Below are positions 52,801 to 61,575 of a stretch of 64,000 nucleotides of DNA, piece after piece. Position numbers and translations under genes: made by a program. The stretch covers positions 15,079,466-15,143,465 of the forward strand of contig NC_069002.1 of NCBI RefSeq assembly GCF_001194135.2. The letters are read 5' to 3'. Each line of letters starts with the position of its first letter. The first letter of the stretch is position 1. The notes under the pieces are model-generated. The model worked only from the letters and a program-made list of their open reading frames with translations. It was not told the DNA's origin and made no database searches. The DNA comes from Octopus bimaculoides (Eukaryota).

Positions 52801-53375
52801 CTCTCACCTTCAATTGCTGCAGCCATCCCTATCCCATCTATCCATCTCCCCACACATTCTTATGAAATTTTCCCCTCTGTTCCCCACCCAGTCCAATCCG
52901 CCATTATCACTTCACTTATGTTTTTTCCACTATACCTTGAGGGTATGTCCTAACACATATCCACCATCATCTCTCCTACTCTCACAATCTCTATCTTTTT
53001 AAGTCTTCTTCTCCCTCCTCCTTCAACTGGGTTATCCTTGTATCTCTTCTACACCCGTCTCTATCACTATTATTCTTTTGAACTCTCATCAACTGGTACA
53101 AAGCCACCTCCCTCAATACAACTGTCCCACCCCAGTCGAGGGAAATTTGCAATTTATTTGGTGACCTTGCTGGTGCTAGTGCCACGAAAAATGTACCCAA
53201 TTCACTCTGTAAAGTGGTTGACACTAGGAAAGGCATACAGCTGTAGAAACCATGCCAAAACAGACAATAGAACTTGGCATGCTCCTCTGGCATCCAAGCT
53301 CTCATCAAACTGTCTTACCCATACCAGCATGGAGTATGGGTGTTAAATGGTGATGATGACGATCTCGTGCATGTG

Positions 53376-53426
<51 letters not shown>

Positions 53427-54794
53427 CTGCATATAGAAAGAGTAAGAAAAATATTTCACTTAATAAGAATGTGAGCAATAAAAATTAAGTTGGTTCTCTG
53501 AGGAATTTGATTTCTAAACCAATATGTTTTAGTTAATTAAAATAATGACTTACCTCATATTTTTTACCATCTGCTAATCTGTGAATGGCTGTTCCAGCGA
53601 GTAAAGTATCACTGCTTTTAAAGATTTTTATTTTTAGTTTACTTCCTTTGCATCTATCCAAGAGAATAACATTGTCTCCAGATTGCACTGCAACACCACA
53701 ATTACAAGATGCTCGACCATTGCAGCTTTTGTAGAATGCATGCACCTGAAAATGAGGAAAAGAGTAATGAAACAACTACAGCACCAGCAACTGAATATCA
53801 TACAAGAACCACATCATCTCAATTTAAACAAAGTTTCTATAACCATGTTCACTCTTTTAGGAACATGGAAACTTCTCTCCCATATATGGGTGGAGAGGTT
53901 GAGTCTAACCTGTGCTTGATGGAAACACTTGCAGTCATAAACCCTAAGAGTGATTTTGTTAACAGGAGTAAGGAAATTTTGATATTGTGCCTACACAAAT
54001 AGTACATAAATAGTGTGAAACTTTCAGGTTCCTTTTTTTTAAATTTCCATCAGTCCAACATACTTAAATCTTTCAATGTGGATCTGTTCACACCTCCTGA
54101 TGCTCTAGCTCTCTCCAGTAAACTCACTTCTTAGTTTGTTCAGATATCATTGGGAGCTTATCACTTTCGTTATTTACTTCCCAAGTCTCTTCAGTCAACC
54201 TACTATTTAGTCAATTTAAATGTCCAGTAATCAGCGTCTCCTACCTCCAATTTAAACTACCATGCAGGAACATCAGTCATATGCACCAGACTCAATCAAA
54301 GATCTGGTTTCACTAGGTTTATCAATGTTGGGAATATCCTATCCATAATATTTTTGCTAATGTGACCAATGTCAGATTTGTGCAGGCTAATCAACCTGAT
54401 GGATGAGTCAATGGAGAAATCCAGTTTGTGGTCCTGCATTGTAATCCGAAGTTGTTCAGGTAGGCATAATCTCATCCTGTCTTGAATGCTGAAGTCCTTA
54501 ACTATTTTGAATCCTTCCATGTTGATATTTTGCAAGGTGGAACAGGGTGTAGTTTTGTGTCCCTTATCAAACCCCTTATGTATATGATACTTGCAGTGAT
54601 CAGTATTGACATTATACAGGTTTCCTGTATTGTCAAACTGCTTTCACAATCCATCACATTTCCTGAGCTCTTCGATAAGATTTCTCAGTTTTCAGCAGAA
54701 TTTTGATCTTGCTTGAAATTTTAGTTCAAAAGCCAGAGTCTTAGGCTGTGTGTTACAGTGGAAATATTCCAATTTTACACCCTTTCAGGACCAT

Positions 54795-54829
<35 letters not shown>

Positions 54830-57455
54830 ACACATTCGTGGGTACATACAAGCAGACATGAAACAACTACAATGTATACTGTGTAATACTTACTGCAAAA
54901 GGAAGGGTTTGATGTCGATACATCAAGAATTCTCCAACTTCAAAACACTTAAAATACTTTCTATCAAAAGTGGTAACATGTGGATCAGTAACTGATTTAC
55001 ATGTAGGTGTATATCTATCCTTTACTGTCACCTGTAGAGTCAGAGAAACAATTGAAGCAAATTTTTTAGATCGCAAATAGATATTTAAATACCTCATCAT
55101 TCAAGAGTATAGTTTGAAAGAAATATATACATAAACGTACATAGGCCAAAGTTCAAAACAATGGAGACATCATAAAATCATATATAGGACTCATAACAAA
55201 CACCTTTAAGGCCTGTTTCATGCAAACACCTTATTATGATCCATAACTGTAGTAACAAAAAGACTACATAGTTATCTACGTAGATTTGGTATCTAAAGGA
55301 CAGTGCTATATATTAATCTCAGCATGAAATGAGGCATTTTAGCAGAAGCAATTTCCTATAATGGATGGGACACAAGTTACATTAAGTGTATAAGTGAAAA
55401 ACTTCACAGCATGTCAGCAACAAACAGTCTAAACTCAAGGGAGGAGATATTTACCCCCTGCCTGTACATTCTTTGAATAAAACACACACACATAAACACT
55501 CGCACACACATAAACACTCGCACACACATAAACACTCGCACACACATAATCTTCTTTTAGTTTCCATCTACATAATCTTCTCACAAGGCTTTAGACTTGA
55601 GCCATTATAGAAGACCTCTGCCTAAGGAACTATTCAGTGGGACTAACCCAGAGGCCACATAGTCAGGAAGTAAGCTTCATAACCTCAAAGTCAGAGAAAA
55701 TAGTTAAGGACCATCTCATGATGTAGAACTTCATGGAGGAAATGACAAATAACCAAGCTGATTGGTAATGCATGGCACTTGGAAAGTTTCATTTATTACA
55801 GCAGACCAAAAGTTCTAGAAGTATAATGTGTACAAGGTCTGATCAGTAAGTATCTGGACTGTTGCCATAGTAACGAAGCTAAGGAACGCAGAGGGAAGCT
55901 GCTTGGCACAGATTGACCTTGATGTCTGCTGTGCATGTGCACTAAATTTTAGCGTTCTAGCTCACTCCCACTGTTTACAGCAGGGCTTTGAAGTAATATA
56001 TGTAACATGTGATCGTCACATTGACCATGAGAGAGAAAGTTGTCATGGTGATACCTGCTCAGAAGCCTATAGTAGAAAGGATTATTATAACCGACTTCAC
56101 TTGTTATTTAGGATAGCTTTTATGATACGCTGGTAACCAATGTTCTGATCAAAGATCTTGTGAGAAACTGTAACTTTACTTTAACCCTCTGCTTGATGCT
56201 CCTACAAATTCATGTATTCATTTCTTTACAATTATAATTGACTGATTATTTAAGAATTACTTACTTTAATTTTATAATCCTTCATTATTGATTTCACACT
56301 TTTACTACAAATGAGGTCACCATTTAGAAGCAATGTCAGTTGTTGGGAGCCATCTTTGATGCTGTCTACTGTTGCTTTCAAAGGAATACGCAGTTTGTTG
56401 TTCATCCAACTACTCTTAGCATTTGTGATTTTGTCTGGACAAGCTGTTCCAGTGCAATTCCTGTTGGCTGAGTAACCAAAGACAAGCTGAATGAGTGGTT
56501 TACCATCTGAGCACTGCCAAGGCATTTTTTGAGGTTCTATGCTACTGCTGATTTCTATTGCTGAAGCAATGGCTGATTGGTGTTTTAAAGGACAGAACAT
56601 TCTTGGTGGTAATGGTGTACTGATAGATATATACTCGGTGTCACCTTCAACAATAGTTAATGAATCTCCATGTACCTACAAATAATAAATAAAAGATTAT
56701 TAATTTTTTTCTTGTTAGTTTACATTTCTTGTTGGCTTATTTTTTCTCAACATTTCGTGTGCATTATTGCTATTATTCTTGATGCTGTTTCACCAGAGGT
56801 CAGCGATCATAGAGAAGCTTTATGTTCAAATACAGTCCAGCTGTCACCATCTTGTCTAAGTTTAGCCAGGAAATACCTGGCACTACAATATCCATGATCC
56901 CCCTCTTATTATCTTATTTCAATGAAGATAGTGAGGTTTCATTTGAGGTGTAGAGGGGGGGCTGGTATTTTTAGCAAGTGGAAACTCTTTCTAGCAAAGC
57001 TCACTCTCCACATCATGTTTATTTATATTGTAAGCGTGAGGGATACACCCCTGAGATGAAGGAAAGTTATTTAGCTAAATGGTGGTCTGTTTTAAGATTG
57101 GAGAGATATGGATTAACAACAAATGGACATATTTTATTTTCTACCCTTTATTCTTTTAATTTTATTTATGTTCTATGTAGCTAGATCCATCTACAGGTTA
57201 TAACTCCAGAATGATTCTACTCTCAGTCAATGTACCCACAAACTATGAGAGAGTACAACATGCACATAGGAACTCAGTATATATAGTAGGATATCTTTTA
57301 TACCAAAACATCTGAGGAGATACAGACCACACTGACTGATGCAACGTAACTAGATGGTCAATATTCTAACAGTAAGGGACAACTGCAGGATGGGTTGAAA
57401 GGATCATTGCATTGAATATAGATTTGTATGAAATCCATTTTCTGTTTCCTTTGTC

Positions 57456-57501
<46 letters not shown>

Positions 57502-59107
57502 NNNNNNNNNNNNNNNNNNNNNNNNNNNNNNNNNNNNNNNNNNNNNNNNNNNNNNNNNNNNNNNNNNNNNNNNNNNNNNNNNNNNNNNNNNNNNNNNNNN
57601 NNNNNNNNNNNNNNNNNNNNNNNNNNNNNNNNNNNNNNNNNNNNNNNNNNNNNNNNNNNNNNNNNNNNNNNNNNNNNNNNNNNNNNNNNNNNNNNNNNNN
57701 NNNNNNNNNNNNNNNNNNNNNNNNNNNNNNNNNNNNNNNNNNNNNNNNNNNNNNNNNNNNNNNNNNNNNNNNNNNNNNNNNNNNNNNNNNNNNNNNNNNN
57801 NNNNNNNNNNNNNNNNNNNNNNNNNNNNNNNNNNNNNNNNNNNNNNNNNNNNNNNNNNNNNNNNNNNNNNNNNNNNNNNNNNNNNNNNNNNNNNNNNNNN
57901 NNNNNNNNNNNNNNNNNNNNNNNNNNNNNNNNNNNNNNNNNNNNNNNNNNNNNNNNNNNNNNNNNNNNNNNNNNNNNNNNNNNNNNNNNNNNNNNNNNNN
58001 NNNNNNNNNNNNNNNNNNNNNNNNNNNNNNNNNNNNNNNNNNNNNNNNNNNNNNNNNNNNNNNNNNNNNNNNNNNNNNNNNNNNNNNNNNNNNNNNNNNN
58101 NNNNNNNNNNNNNNNNNNNNNNNNNNNNNNNNNNNNNNNNNNNNNNNNNNNNNNNNNNNNNNNNNNNNNNNNNNNNNNNNNNNNNNNNNNNNNNNNNNNN
58201 NNNNNNNNNNNNNNNNNNNNNNNNNNNNNNNNNNNNNNNNNNNNNNNNNNNNNNNNNNNNNNNNNNNNNNAATTCAATAATAGGACGAATTCTTTTACAA
58301 GAATTTATCAAGTAGCTAGCGTACATATCCATATATAAATGTATACACAAGAACCAGAAAGGTCTACAATAAGTAAGACTTTTGTTTTTGAGGGTGGGAC
58401 TTGGGAAACAAAAGATTTCTTGAATGGAAAGACAATGTTAGTGCAGGCTACACCATATTCATTATCAACAACTTTGTTGTTAACAGAATAATTTACAATA
58501 AAAAAAACAAAATTATAACTTCCTATAATGGTTGTTACATTTTCATTGTGTCTAATTGGGTCTCTACACTGCTCAGTCTGAATAAATAAATTATGTTAAC
58601 TATGATATTCAGGTTAGCATATTGGGTCCTTTGTACAGCCATTAAGGCTGTGCCTATGCATTCAAAAACAGATATTTGTCATGACCACAGCAGAGATAAA
58701 CATGACAGAATCTCTTATTGAATGGTAGATTTGATTTAATTGGCAATCATTAAACTGACTGGCAATCAAAGTATATAAATATGAATTAAATATGCTTGCA
58801 TGGGGAATGTGTATGTGTGTGTGTGTGTGTGTGTGCATATCTATGAAATAAACTTACAGTTAGTTGTGATACAAACTTCTTACTCCGTCTGAATGGCCCA
58901 ACAGTGTTAGCACAGTCAAATGTAAAGCAAGGAATTATCTCGCAAAACACCTGGAAAAAAATAAATCAATATTTCTTGAGTTATATATATGTAATCAACT
59001 AAGAAGCTATAAACTAGAAATGTAATTAATAAATAAAGATATATATATATATGTATCTAAAGTTTTAAAGTTTTACATTTAAGAAAGAGACTTGACGCCA
59101 ATATCCA

Positions 59108-59166
<59 letters not shown>

Positions 59167-60123
59167 NNNNNNNNNNNNNNNNNNNNNNNNNNNNNNNNNN
59201 NNNNNNNNNNNNNNNNNNNNNNNNNNNNNNNNNNNNNNNNNNNNNNNNNNNNNNNNNNNNNNNNNNNNNNNNNNNNNNNNNNNNNNNNNNNNNNNNNNNN
59301 NNNNNNNNNNNNNNNNNNNNNNNNNNNNNNNNNNNNNNNNNNNNNNNNNNNNNNNNNNNNNNNNNNNNNNNNNNNNNNNNNNNNNNNNNNNNNNTATCAT
59401 TATTATTATTATTAGATCCCCTTCGGTCATGAATGACCATGGGATTGTACTTAGAAAGTTCTCTTCCGAGGCTCAAGTCTGAGCAAAGTTATTTATGGAG
59501 GACCAGCAATTGTCCATGCACCCTCTCCATGCTACAGTGTTGTCCATAGGAAAAGCAAAGGCTGATACAGCTTGGCGCCAGTGATGCTGCAACTTGTTTC
59601 AACAACTGAGGGAACTGGAGCAACGTGAAATAAAGTGTCTTGCTCAAGAACACAACATACAGTCTGGTTTGGCAATCAAATTCACTATCTCATGATTAAG
59701 AGCCAGACACCATCACCACTGAGTCATGCACTAGTCATGACCAATGCTGGTGTCACATAATTAGTGCCTGTGCCAGCAACACATAAAAATCACCTTTTGA
59801 GCATTGGACCTCACAGAGGCAATGACAAATGACCAAGACCTTTGGTAATATGTCAGGCTTGAGAAGGAGACCCATCAAGGCAAGTGAAATTGTAGTCATG
59901 GAAGATACTGGTGTCATGTGAATGGCACCCATGTCGGTGGAATGTAAAAGCGCCCATTACATTTTCAGAGTGGTTGGCATTAGGAAGGGCATTCAGCCAT
60001 AGAAACCATGCCAAATCGGACTGGAGTCTGGTGCAGCCCCTTAACTCACCAGCCCTGGTCAAACTGTCCAACTCATACCTGCATGGATAACAGACGTTAA
60101 ATGAAGATGATGATACAGATACG

Positions 60124-60198
<75 letters not shown>

Positions 60199-61541
60199 CC
60201 TTCTGTCTCCTTGACTTCATATCGTAGCTGTAAATGAGCATCACTGTCATACAAGCAGTGTCATTTATTTTCAATGTTTTGTGAGAACATGGACATACTC
60301 ATGGAGAAAAATTACCTGGCTTGGAAACAAAAGAGAGTTGGTGACAGGAAGAGCATCCAGTCATTGAAAATCTGCCTCAAATAAAGACCATTTAAACGAT
60401 GCAAACAGGGAACAGTGGATGTTAAAATGATAATGATGATGATGATGATGATGACAGAAAAAAACCCAGAATATTCACCTCTGTACCGATGGGATAAGCA
60501 TAGGATTCTGTCTGATTCCATGAGATTTGGGAAATCCCTCTTTCAATGGGTTCTTCGTTTTTCATATTATTATCAACATACCATTTCACACTGTATGATA
60601 CATCTTTTCTTCTGATCATTTCAAATGCACAGGTAAACATAGTCTTTTCAGAGTGATTCAAATTTAGAACAGGCATTGCATTTAGAGTAGGTTCATCTGC
60701 AGGTGGAAAATATTTTAGAAAAATTAAGGAAATCATTAACTTTTTTCATATTTATTGGTTAGGAAGGATGGGCACTGCTTTTGACTCCCCACTTTTTTTT
60801 TTTGATAATACTGAAGAGACAAAGAGCTAATACTTCCACCACCTCCCTGTTAAATATATCAGCCAAAACTCCCTCAAGTTTATTAATTTGAAAACAAAAT
60901 CATAATTTCAGAATATAAGGATGGACAAAATGCTACTAAGCATTTTGCCCGGCGTCTTAACAATTCTGCCAGCACACCACCATTGTAGTAGTAGTAGTAG
61001 TGGTAGCAGCAGTAGTAATAGTAATAATAATAGTTTCAAATTTTACCACAAGAGCAGCTTTTTGAGGGAGGGGATGGGCCAATTACATCCAACCCCCCCC
61101 CAGTATTCAACTGGTACTTAATTTATCAACCCCAAAAGGATGAAAGGCAAAGTCAACCTCAGCAGAATTTGAGCTCAGAATGTGCAGACAGACAAAGTGT
61201 CACAAAGCATTTCACTTGGTGTGCTAACAATTCTGCCAGCTCACTGCCTTTAATAATAATAATAATAATAATATAGAAAGGATTGAGGTAACTCCTCCTG
61301 AAGATATAGAGTCAAAATTAAAAGAAGAGTGCCATTTGTTATCTAGTGAACAACATTTCGACATTTCGCGTGTCTTCAACTGGTTCAAAAAATAAATTTG
61401 TCAATCTACTTCATTTTGGTTAATATAGAAAGGATTGAGGTTACCTCAATCCTTTCTATATCAACCAAAATGAAGTAGATGGACAAATTTATTTTTTGAA
61501 CCAGTTGAAGACACACGAGATGTCGAAATATCATTCGCTAG

Positions 61542-61575
<34 letters not shown>

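Noticed and set aside
57366-59476. Long ORFs of up to 308 aa in the ORF track
   Set aside because: They consist of N gaps and (TA)n microsatellite.
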